This document shows positions 13,101 to 24,334 of a DNA stretch of 64,000 nt, piece by piece. The notes beneath the pieces were generated by a model. It ran no database searches and was not told where the DNA came from. It saw nothing but the letters and a program-made list of their open reading frames with translations. The DNA is from Squalus acanthias. Taxonomy: Eukaryota. A program made the position numbers and the translations under genes. The DNA lies in assembly GCA_030390025.1 (NCBI GenBank), contig CM059437.1, positions 81,282,001 to 81,346,000 of the forward strand. Direction: 5' to 3'. Position 1 is the first letter of the stretch, and each line of letters starts with the position of its first letter.

Positions 13101-16100
13101 ATGTTTTAGTCATCTTAATCTGGCATCATGGTAATATTAGGACCAGATTACTTGACAAGAGTGTTCACTGCTATTTATGTGATTTAGGTGCTCATGGAAG
13201 CAGATATTGCTTGAGGCGTGTCGACCTGTCTTTTAGCTCCTGCCAACTCCAAGCTTTTGGGCACATTTGATAACAAAAACATTGAGAATTAGTGGCCACC
13301 TCAGAGGTAGTTAACATTTCTTACTGTGTTAAAGTTTTAATCGCTATAAGTCAGGGGAGACAAGCGCAAGTTCTACTTCTGGTGAGTAGCTCAGTCATTG
13401 ACAGATTAGCAGTCTGAAAACCTTCATACACTGAGCCCTAGTGGAAAGCTTTGAAAAGGATCATTAAACTGAGTTGATTTCTGACTTAGGACACTCCTCA
13501 TAGGTAATCCGGACCCTGTGGCACAGTTCGCTGTTTAGCATATGCGGGCCGATTCCCCTGCCGTTGCCTCCCATGTGCACTAGTTCAAGGAGCACACTAG
13601 CATGGGAAAGGGGGCAACGCTGGGTCTCCACCGCCTTGCCGCATCACACACATTTCTAGCAAACGGACAAACACAGGAAGCACCCTCCTGCAACAGGTGG
13701 CAGCTTACAAATATGATAATGATGCAGAAATATTACAGTAACACCACCTACATTATTTTCCAGCTTTTACACTGGGTGCAAATCCACTACTAATTACTAT
13801 CCATATACATAGACATGCAGGATTGCTGGGCACTGAGCAGATTATGGAATAACGTTTCAAGGGTCAGAAAGAAGATTTATTCAACAACTTTTCTTTTGTT
13901 TTCCAAGTTTTATTTCCTGTTGGCACTTAGGTTCTCGTGAGCCTTTGTGCAGTTGTTTTATTTTCTCTCCAGCATTATTACTGTCATTAGTGGATTTTCC
14001 AAAGCTTAGACGAGGACGACCAACGAACCGATGCCAGGCAAGTAAGGCTGCATGACAGGTGCTCTTTTCCAATCTGCCAGCACATGCAAATCAACATCTG
14101 CAGACAGAGGTAACCAGACCTTTGGCAGATGCTTAATGCAAGCAGAGGCTCCAGCTCTGAAGGTAGATTGTGACAGCAGGCTCGATGGCACTCGATGGGA
14201 AGGCCTAACTAATCATTATGCTGGGTGGTTCTAACCACCCAAATCAGAGAATATATCATGCTTTATATGGCATGAAAGAAGCATGCCAGGGTGAGCAGCC
14301 AGAAAAGCCTGATTGTCCCACCCACCAAGATGCCACCAACCATATTTGTAGGCACCGTGACACTTAGCTGACAATGATTGTAAGGAACTGTCTTTGCAGC
14401 TTCAGGGTCAACAGAAAGCCGTATGCAGAGCTGTGCCAGCTGCTGTGAAGACACCTGCTGCTTGCATACATCACAGCGTTGGCACAGCCAGTGACCGCAT
14501 CGGTCAGCTGCAACCTCAGCCTGCGTACAGCTCCTTTCAGGCATGCTGCAATACTGACTCACAGGGATGGTGCCATGGAATAGCAGAGGGCAAAACTATA
14601 GTGCCTAACGGTCATGTGTCTACCAACAATCAATCAGATTGCTAGAAGGAACACAACACGAAGGACCAATCAAATTCACTCAACTTTAAATACTAACTGA
14701 CCTCCCGTGACATTGCTCACATGTAGTGTGTGCTCTGAAGCACAGTTATGATGATTGGCGCTTAAGCTAGCATGGTCCTATAAGGTCACCGCTCAGGTTC
14801 TGTGTGGAGAAATGGTATAAATAGGTCCTAAGAGCAATCAGAGTTTAATGTGTGGTTTGGTGAAGAAAGTTTGTAGATTGACAGGCGAGGTAAAAAAAAA
14901 ACAGCACAGCTTTCTTTTTTAAAATATGTTTGGCACTTTGGATTGTAACGTCTGAAGTGTAATGGATGCTGTCATTATTTTTAGTTTGATAGACAGGATA
15001 GCAGATCTCATGTGGCATTGCTCTCACTGTTGGAAGTTATGCTGTTGCAAGGAGATGCTGGAATGCGCAAGTGGGAGAGGAGTTCACATCCGCACTGAAA
15101 GAATTTGGGAAATGTTTTTAAGAAACCTCCAAAGAGATTGTTAATTGTATGTTTTTTGATGAACATCCTGGAAAATAAATACATGGTATTTTCCCTACCT
15201 ACTGAAGGGCGATAAATAACTGTTCCCCTTATTACAATTCAGATGACTCCCAATATTCTTTATTCATGCTGTCTACAAAAATCAGTTTCCATGGGCAAGC
15301 ACATGCTTTCTACTTGACCTCACATGCAAAATATCTGGGATAGTGGGTCGCAGGTCAAGCAGGGAACCCTTACGTCACTGAAATATGCAGCTTGGCAGAA
15401 TAAATATACTGAGGGGCATAGTGTTATGCTGCAGTAATAAAAGATCCTGAAAACAAAAATTAATTTCTGCTCATCTCCTTCTGAAACCGCGGACACAGAC
15501 AGTCATTCAGGTTAAAAGCCACTGGGTGCTGGTTGGTAAATCTGCCACAACATTAGCATTTTATTTTGTAAACCAGCATTTTTAGCCTGAGACTGTCAAG
15601 TGTTTTATAAATCCCATGATGTTGTGTGTGGCAATTACCCAACCTGCCCTGAATTCAGTGAGAGCGGCCTTAAAAGACAAGGACTAATGAGTTCAAAATT
15701 GTATGTGGAAATTTCTAAATGTCTGCAGATGAGGGGAAAGCCCTTCTCCACGCACCTTGACCTGTGAGAGTTCTGCCTGTGGGGCAGCCATTTTCCTGCC
15801 CAGGCTGGTTGCTCCCTTCGCCTTCAGCTCCTCCACGGTCTTGTAGCTGTACTTGGGTTTCTTCTTCCCACCTGTGGGATCCTTCCGCCACTGGCTCATC
15901 TCCTTCTGAAAGTCCTGAACACAGACGGTTAATCAGTCACTGGGTCCTGACTGCCCCGCATTATTTACAGACTATAAAACAGGCCTTCAACTGTCTTCAA
16001 CCACAAAGGTCCCCTCATGTGAATCCCAGCTCAATGAACTACCACACATCCATCTGGGCAGAAGGCACCAAGCAGTGGCTCAACGTGTCGTGAGGCGGAC

Positions 16101-19100
16101 AATCAAACTAGGGAGGGGGGGCAAAGGGTGCGTCAACCTGACTTTGGCAGAAGCCTGGGAGCAGGACGCCAGCCAATGCTTTCAGCAGAGAGACCAGGGT
16201 GGAGGGAAGAAAATAAAAAATTGTGACACACAGGCTCTGTCAGCTCAGCAGTGCATAATCCTTCTTGAAAAGGGAAGCATGAATTTTACAGACAATGTTA
16301 ATGGGATAATGCAGGGTTTCTACTGCCACACTTCGCCTTTCAGTGAATAGTCCGAGCTGTGGCTTCTGAAAGCAGATACGCATGTTGTTCGGTAGTCAGC
16401 TGGCAAGAAATGTGCATCTAGGGGAGACACTGCTCCAACTATTTTCCCCCAATCTACTAGCTGAAGTTACTTTATTGGGAAATGGGTGAGACATTGGTCC
16501 AACTGCCAATATTAATGGAAGTACTGTATCCCATTACTCGCAGTCCCTTTACTCACCAGTGTAGCATGAATCATACAGACCAAAAGAAGTTCGATTCTCA
16601 GGCAAGGTAGCTGTCGAGGCACCACAACTGGTCCTCGATGCTTCTGGGCTGGGGGGGGGCGGGGGAAGAAATCATTCAGGGTTTCTTATCCTAATTGGTT
16701 ACCAGTGATCCATGCTCAGAAGTGCATGTGTGTGAATGGAGGTAAGATCAGGATTGAAATAACCACCTGTTGAACCATCCCCAACTAGAACAGCACCTTC
16801 ACAAGAGGGATAGAAAAGGGAAAAGATGGGGGTGGCGTGTTTAAAAAAAAAAAACAAGTACAACAACAGGTCTAGAGTCTTATTGTTCCAAACCTCGTCA
16901 GCCTCTTCATCCGAGTCAACAACGGGAAAATCCTTCAGTGACTGTTCCGTTCGCTCAGACCCATAAGCACCGATTGCACCTTTTCCCTTCCTCATCTTTG
17001 CCTCAATTGGAGCCACAATACCTGCACAGTAATAGAAATGATGTAACCACCGACATGGCTGCTTACCTCCTAAGTATACAAACTGGGGCAGAAGATGGAA
17101 TGGGATGGCTCGGAGCTGATGAAACAATGGAATTGCTAAGCCAAGGAAGGCGACTTGTTTCGGATACAAGGTTAGATTGGGAGGGGGCCGGCAGTTGCAG
17201 GGATGAATTTAACCTTTTCTCAGGAGATTAAATAGATGAAGCCATAATAGAGTAGATGGTACATGGTCAAAAATATATACTCGAAGATGCATGTTACGCA
17301 TGTACTAGATGTTCCCAAGTGGATTTCTCGTGGCTACTCAACCCATCACATTCTGGTACACAGATCTGAGAGTTTGTAAGGGAATCCTGTGTTTATAAAT
17401 GTATTCAAAAATTCTTCCAGAACTTGGTTTATTTTCAACAGCAAAACAAATACACAGAAACGTCACCCTGCTCTTTGTTAAAACACAAATCTTCCTCATG
17501 TGGGACTTGCAGACTGTAACCACGTCCTGCTATCTGTGCTCACTATTTATTACCCACTGCCTGGCACAAGAAGGAGCACCAGCTTTAAGGCAGCTCAGTC
17601 AGGACATAGGAACAGGAGTACGCCATTCAGCACCACAAGCCTGTTCCGCCATTCAATTAGATCATGGCTGACCTGTACCTCAATTCTATTTACCAACCTT
17701 TGCTCCATATCCCTTGATACCCTTATCTAACAAAATCATGCTTACAGCCAGCAGATAGAGAAGACTTTTATCCCAACAGTCTAAGCTGGATTCAATCCCA
17801 GGTCCTAGAGGTCAGAGGTCCACGTCTAACCCAGTTTTTCATCCAGTCCCAAAGTGTCTACAAATCCGAGAAACTGATCACTAAACCCATCCACACATTT
17901 CGATTGATTGTAGCCATAGGTTGACAGACTTTCTGGATTAAAGTGCACACCCTGGGGTAGATTGATTTTAATGGCAATGGGGCTGTTTCTACAACGGGCG
18001 GCCGATCTGCAACACCAGTTTTACACCCGGGCTGCAAGTTGAAAATCTACCTCCGTTGTCTGGAAATTCAAGGAACTGTCAACATTGGTGGACATTTGGC
18101 TCTTTCATCTATTGTTCCTACATGGGTCATCCCTCAGTGCAAAATATTCCATCGTGTTTCTATTCCCTGCTCCACTGGAGTATCAGCATTCATCAGAAGA
18201 ACAGCACTTTCACACACAGAGACCTGCATGGGAGCCCAGAGGATAGGTTCAGTCCTTTACCAGTGAACGCGATACCTTTTGTAGAATGAGTTACTTACGG
18301 AGATTTGTCATTTAAGATTACTAGTAAAGTTTCTGATAACTGTACCTTGTGCGTTCTTCCCAAGACCTCTCCCAGGTACGTAACCCATCTTCTGCAGCAG
18401 TTTCTGTCCGATCCCTTTGGTGTGTTTTTCCCAGGTGCCAATTTCCTGGTTTGATCGATGGCCTCCTGTGAATCCTTTTGAACTAGATTTGAAAAAGCCA
18501 CCCTGTGAATATAAAAATAATTATTAGATAAAGAAAACCTGACGTCTCCAAACCAAATCTGGAGGAGCATCAATCAGTCTTTATGGGGGGGGGGGGGGGG
18601 AGAAGAACTGTTGGAAGTGGGGGAGGAATACACATCTCCAGTGAAAGATTTTTGAAAGAAATGTACAAAGGTTCTGCCCAGAGATGGTGAGGCAAGTATA
18701 TTAGTTTGGTTCCTGGAAAGTAAGTAATTAATGTTTTACTCAACCAAGCTGGATAAATAGCTAGTCAGCATGCATAACTAACTATTTCGGTAAACAACAA
18801 TGGTTTCCAAATTCTCTATAAAAACAAATAAAGCACAAGTGGTATTACCATTTCTCTGATGTAAATAAACAGCTGACAACAGTTTGTGAAACTTTGTCTC
18901 AAAAGACTTCTTAAATTTATTCAGTTTTGGAACAACAAACACAAATACTGTTACAACCTGACTAAATATACATTTCGATTTTTACAGAGAATAATGAATG
19001 CATTTCCTGTCAACAGAATCATTGTTTTTGAATTCTCAATATAAACAAAACAATGCACAGATCCTCTAATCACTCTTTCTCCTGACTGAAGTAAAAATTG

Positions 19101-22100
19101 AACAGTTAATAACTTAGATGTGAAACTTTACCGGGAAGGCACAATAAGAACATAAGAAATAGGAGCAGGAGTAGGCCAATCGGCCCTTCGAGCCTGCTCC
19201 GCCATTCAATAAGATAATGGCTGATCTGATCCTCACCTCAAATCTAAAGAACACAAGAAGTAGGAGCAGGACCCGGCCACTCAGCCCCTGGGCCTGCTAC
19301 GCCACCCACAGGGCCTCGACCGATCCGAACTCAGCCTCATGTCCAATTTCCTGCCCGCTCCCCGTAACCCCTAATTCCCTTTACTTCTAGGAAACTGTCT
19401 ATTTTTGTTTTAAATTTATTTAGTGATGTAGCTTCCACAGCTTCCTGGGGCAGCAAATTCCACAGACCTAATACCCTCTGAGTGAAGAAGTTTCTCCTCA
19501 TCTCAGTTTTGAAAGAGCAGCCACTTATTCTAAGATTATGACCCCTAGTTCTAGTTTCACCCATCCTTGGGAACATCCTTACCGCGTCCACCCGATCAAG
19601 CCCCTTCACAATCTTATATGTTTCAATAAGATCGCCTCTCACTCTTCTGAACTCCAATGAGTAGAGTCCCAATCTACTCAACCTCTCCTCATATGTCCAC
19701 CCCCTCATCCCGGGGATTAACCGAGTGAACCTTCTTTGTACTGCTTCGAGAGCAAGTATGTCTTTTCTTAAGTATGGACACCAAAACTGTATGCAGTATT
19801 CCAGGTGTGGTCTCACCAATACCTTATATAACTGCAGCAATACCTCCCTGTTTTTATAATCTATCCCCCTAGCAATAAAAGCCAAGATTCCGTTGGCCTT
19901 CTAGATCACCTGCTGCACCTGCATACTAACTTTTTGATTTTCTTGCACTAGGACCCCCAGATCCCTTTATACTGCAGTACTTTCCAGTTTCTCGCCATTA
20001 AGATAATAACTTGCTCTCTGATTTTTCTTGCCAAAGTGCATAACCTCACATTTTCCAATATTGTATTGCATCTGCCAAATCTCTGCCTACTCACCCAGCC
20101 TGTCTATATCCCCTTGTAGGTTTTTTATGTCCTCCTCACTTTCTACTTTCCCTCCCATCTTTGTATCATCTGCAAACTTTGATATGTTACACTCGGTCCC
20201 CTCCTCCAAATCGTTAATATAGATTGTAAAGAGTTGGGGACCCAGCACCGACCCTTGCGGAACACCACTGGCTACTGGTTGCCAGTCCGAGAATGAACCA
20301 TTTATCCCAACTCTCTGCTTCCTGTTAGATAACCAATCCTCCACCCATGCCAGAATATTCCCCCCAATCCAGTGATTTTTTATCTTGAGCAATAATCTTT
20401 TTTGTGGCACCTTGTCGAATGCCTTCTGGAAGTCTAAATACACTACGTCCATTGGTTCCCCTTTATCCACCCTGTATGTGGATAAAGGGGAATACATTAT
20501 GCATTACATGGTATAACATTCCTATCCATGTATGATTACTGTAGGTGTCTGTAAAAATAGTATATCTACATAGAATTATCAGGGCAGGAAAAAATAAATC
20601 CCACTGGCACATCTCAAAGAACATGATTAAAATTCACAGAATTTGATGTGAAATTTTCCTTGCACTTTAAAAAAATGTTTTTTCCAAAGGTAAATGTTCA
20701 GCTAGCATAAAACCGCTGCTGAAAGTATTACTGAATCCTCCTGCCTTGAGCCACAGGATGGTAGCTAACCCATCACTTCCATCATGCCTTTTAATAAAAG
20801 GGTAGTCTCTTGGTTTGGGTCTGATGATTCAACACTGAAGAGTAGTTATCCAAAGGCAAGCCCAGACCCTTGCTAAGTATTGACTGAATACTTACCGTTT
20901 TCAGTTTCTTTGGCGCAAAGTCTTTTGGAAACTCTTCTCGTTTAACTTTCTCTTCGTCAGAACCATCAGAGTCCTTCTCTTCCTCGTTTTCCTCAGCTGC
21001 AGGTCGACGGATCCCAGCGCTGATGAAACTAACTGGAGCCGTGTAATCTTTGGAACTATGGAAACAGCACAGATATCACCAAGTTTAGATACAGCAAAGT
21101 TATTGCACAGCTGTATTCAAAAAGCTAACTGCAGTTCTTTAACGCCAACGTACAGCTAGCAGGCTAGGACACAAGAAGAAGAAGAAGATATATCGTCCAT
21201 TCCAACAGAGCTGTTTATTGAATTAGATAGTCGTCAAAAAAAAACATGAGCCGTTACAGGTGGATTACTGAGGTCTTACTGTCCTCCCCAGTGACAAACA
21301 TCACCATTACCGCTGGCTCTTTACTCATACCACAGCACACAGACACGACTGTTCCATTAACAAATTGCACCGGTGCAGTGACAACCGGTGCCACTGAGTG
21401 GTGGAGCACAGCCTTGCGCCCAAAATTCTCCACATGGCCAGCTTCTGATTTTGGCCAGAGAGATAAACGGTGAGCCTAAATCCCAACACCAACAGTGGCA
21501 AAATATTTGAAATAAAAAATGTTAAATGGTGGCCAAGTCAGTTGGGATGCTTCAACCCCTCGCAGCTGCTGGTTACAAAGTAGTATGGAAGGACATCTGA
21601 AACAGATTACCTGGACAGCCTCTTAAAAAGGAAATAGTACAAGGTATGGATAGGAGAATCTAAGAGGTACCAAAATAACCCAACAAATGAGAAATTGAAA
21701 AATATGTCCCTACTTCTGCCCTGGTTAAGTTAACTGATCTCAGCCAGGACAGGGGCAAGTGCATTCATTTCTTACACAGCAGGGTATCCGAGTGCATCAA
21801 CGTAACTCAGCAAGGAAGCTGAGGTGTATAAATAAGTTGTCTGATAAAACAGGAGCTTTAAAACTCTCCTAATGGCTCAACTGGTTAAGATAGTGAGTGG
21901 CTGAGCCATAAAGTCCAGGAAAGTCAGAGGTTTGATCACAGGTTTAATCTTAGGCTGTGCCAAGGTGAACAAATACAAGAATCCTGCCAATCTTCACTGT
22001 CTAGGATCACACATGGAGGAACAGCCACTTATTCAAGCTAGCAAGAAAGCTGATGGTACTCATAAAACAGCACCCAGGAATATTCAGTTCCTTCAGGAGC

Positions 22101-22390
22101 AGGAGGCAAAGGGGAGAGAAAAAAAGCCAGATCTCATCATCTGTTGACAAATAAGTGTTGGCAGTTCCTACATACAATGCGCTGGATTACCGTTTCCCCC
22201 CAAAGCTTGGCCTCTCATCATCAGAGTCATTCTCAGCCCACATGCCATAGATCGCATCCTCCTTTGTCTGTCGGTGGCGCACACGGTCGGGGTTGAACTC
22301 GTTTTCCAAGTCCCAGTCTGAAATCTCAAACCGCTCCATCTCCACCTCATCGTCATCCTTGTCTTTCCCGTACAGATGTGACATTGACAT
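3764..22390 (-). CDS. TFIP11: Tuftelin-interacting protein 11 (G-patch spliceosome disassembly factor, NTR1/Spp382 homolog); 12 coding exons, 2493 nt, 830 aa
   Basis: All exons are bounded by AG/GT with consistent phases. The spliced product runs [10 protein letters not shown]...G-patch...[13 protein letters not shown], matching recalled vertebrate TFIP11. Confidence 0.97.
5160..5362 (+). mobile_element. CR1-type tail plus HE1/V-SINE-like fragment
   Basis: GGGCCGAATGGCCTCCTTCTG tail; AAAGATGTGCGGGTTAGGTTGATT V-domain-like segment; (GATTCTGT)n end. Confidence 0.55.
5889..6054 (-). CDS. TFIP11: TFIP11 coding exon 11
   Basis: [26 protein letters not shown]...[10 protein letters not shown](G). 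Confidence 0.95.
6371..6513 (-). CDS. TFIP11: TFIP11 coding exon 10
   Basis: (G)[25 protein letters not shown]...KWLQ. Confidence 0.95.
6685..7000 (-). mobile_element. CR1-like LINE 3' fragment
   Basis: ORF2 C-terminus [17 protein letters not shown]...[16 protein letters not shown] plus 3' tail. Confidence 0.8.
7083..7518 (+). mobile_element. tRNA-derived SINE sharing its 3' tail with the adjacent CR1 family
   Basis: tRNA-like head and tail CTAGGGATGGGCGATAAATGCTG; a related inverted copy lies at ~59330-59680. Confidence 0.6.
7921..8750 (-). mobile_element. L2-like LINE 3' portion
   Basis: Frameshifted ORF2 peptides [37 protein letters not shown]; tail ...TATATAAATGCAAGTT. Confidence 0.9.
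8809..9052 (-). CDS. TFIP11: TFIP11 coding exon 9
   Basis: [22 protein letters not shown]...KNIVPKL(G). Confidence 0.96.
9670..9838 (-). CDS. TFIP11: TFIP11 coding exon 8
   Basis: (R)[12 protein letters not shown]...[18 protein letters not shown]. Confidence 0.96.
10205..10462 (+). mobile_element. L2-like LINE 3' end
   Basis: Reverse complement of 7921-8170; (GTT)n tail. Confidence 0.88.
11711..11817 (-). CDS. TFIP11: TFIP11 coding exon 7
   Basis: [17 protein letters not shown]...DPYH(R); TTTAG acceptor, GTAAG donor. Confidence 0.93.
12419..12922 (-). CDS. TFIP11: TFIP11 coding exon 6
   Basis: [17 protein letters not shown]...[12 protein letters not shown]...KAWNPLQ. Confidence 0.96.
15756..15914 (-). 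CDS. TFIP11: TFIP11 coding exon 5
   Basis: [13 protein letters not shown]...[16 protein letters not shown]...ELSQVK. Confidence 0.95.
16894..17021 (-). CDS. TFIP11: TFIP11 coding exon 4
   Basis: (G)[42 protein letters not shown]. Confidence 0.95.
18346..18502 (-). CDS. TFIP11: TFIP11 coding exon 3 (G-patch domain)
   Basis: GGFFKSS...[29 protein letters not shown](G). Confidence 0.96.
19146..20475 (-). mobile_element. CR1 LINE, 5'-truncated, disrupted RT ORF
   Basis: [38 protein letters not shown] peptides; (TTCTTATG)-type tail. Confidence 0.95.
20896..21055 (-). CDS. TFIP11: TFIP11 coding exon 2
   Basis: (R)[14 protein letters not shown]...PKKLKT; CATAG acceptor, GTAAG donor. Confidence 0.95.
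22191..22390 (-). CDS. TFIP11: TFIP11 coding exon 1 (ATG at 22390; exon starts 22396)
   Basis: [34 protein letters not shown]...ERPSFGGK(R); acceptor TTGCAG, donor GTAATC. Confidence 0.95.
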
Positions 22391-23782
22391 TTTGGCCTGC
22401 AAGATAATAAAAAGTAGAACAGGGCAACAATAAACATGGTGGCAACAGCGGTCCATCACAAAAAACACCTGCATGTTCAAATCTACCGACTTCAGCTCAA
22501 ACTTCCCTTTTGCTGTAATATCTGAACCCAGAGACTGATCATTTTTTGCTATTCAAAAATACGGTCAGATATTTATAAAAATAAAAAGCAAATCATGAAA
22601 GGTTGTAATCTGCAATAAAACAGAAATTGCTAGAAATGCAATGCTGATCATTCAGCATCTGAGGCAGAGAGATATGTTAATAATTGGGTTCGGATGAAGA
22701 ATTTCTTTTTAATCTTTAATAAAAGGAGCTTCTTGGTTTGGAGTTGCAAGCAGCACATGACCAGGTCACGTTCAGTAATGAATTAAAAGAAAGTTCACTC
22801 CCAGCTATATTTTAGAATCCCCTGGCTGGGAATACAGAGAAAAAAGGGCAAAGGGACATATGGGCAGTCAAATTTTTAACAAAAGAGTGCAAGGTATAGG
22901 CCTGGAGTTACAAGTAGCCTAGAAAGAAAGGCAATGGCAAAAATAAGTCAACCAGACTACAGAAGGGAAAGGGTGCAAGGTTTATTATTTTTACTCCACG
23001 TTTTTTGAGTGGGGGGGGAGTGCTATTGAGTTAAGTAAGTGCAATTTGCTTTGACTGTTCCCCTGTATGGTTTCTAACCAGCCTTGTATCACCAAGCGTT
23101 TCAGTCTGCTTTCAAAAAAAATTGGAGATGGCACATGAGAAAGAGATGATATCAAGTTCAGATCGCAAGGGGCCACTGTTGTTACACCCCAAGGTTATGC
23201 TATTGTATAATTACATATTGGGCAGGATGGCCACACTCTTGAACATAAGACATTCAGACCACTTACAGGAGTGACCATCATCACTCTACGCGAGGAAATA
23301 TTTAAAGCAAACTTCGAACAGTGTCATGAGATCTTTTACATCTATCTTAACCACAGGAACAGCCAAACGGGGTTTCAGTTTATCGCCTCATCTGAAGAAT
23401 GACAACTGAAGCAATGCAGCACTTGCCAACTTCACTGCATAAATCATATTTCCTTTAGACCTTCAGTGAAACAGTAGAATAGGTGGACAGTAAATAATCC
23501 AGTTGGAGTGGGTCCACTCCATACTACTGGTGGTGTCTGTGCAATCACTCTGTTCTCAAGCCCATCAAGAGCAGTTTACTTGAATTCAAAGTGCAAACTC
23601 TGCCATTTGGTTACTAAAATTTACCCCAAAACAATCCCCGGATCTGGTTAAGGCATTTGGTTGCAGAGTCATGCAGACCAGAAAGGTCCCAAGTTCGATT
23701 CCAGGATTTTGCTGAGTTCATTGATGTCAGCCGCTCCTAGATTATTGAGGGATACTGCTCCTGATAATAACCAGTGACCCCT

Positions 23783-24290
23783 GGTGGGCGTAGGGTGGGC
23801 ACAGGTCGGGCTGGGTGTGGGCACAGGTTGGGCTGGATGTGGGCAACAGATCAGGCTGGGCGTAGGGTGGGCACAGGTCGGGCTGGGTGTAGGCACAGGT
23901 CAGGCTGGGTGTGGGCACAGGTCGGGCTGGGTGTGGGCACAGGTCAGGCTGGGCGTAGGGTGGGCACGGGTCGGGCTGGGTGCGGGGTGGGCACGGGTCG
24001 GGCTGGGTGCGGGGTGGGCACGGGTCGGGCTGGGTGCGGGGTGGGCACGGGTCGGGCTGGGTGCGGGGTGGGCACGGGTCGGGCTGGGTGCGGGGTGGGC
24101 ACGGGTCGGGCTGGGTGCGGGGTGGGCACGGGTCGGGCTGGGCACGGGTCGGGCTGGGTGGGCACGGGTCGGGCTGGGTGCGGGGTGGGCACGGGTCAGA
24201 CTGGGTGCGGGGTGGGCACGGGTCGGACTGGGTGCGGGGTGGGCACGGGTCAGACTGGGTGCGGGGTGGGCACGGGTCGGCCTGGACACA
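23783..24290 (+). repeat. G-rich minisatellite, 27-bp unit GGGTGGGCACGGGTCGGGCTGGGTGCG
   Basis: Directly visible tandem units; 9-aa periodicity in the spurious ORFs. Confidence 0.95.
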
Positions 24291-24334
24291 GTGTCGGAAT
24301 GGGCACAGGCTCAGGGTGGGTATTGGTGCTGGGT

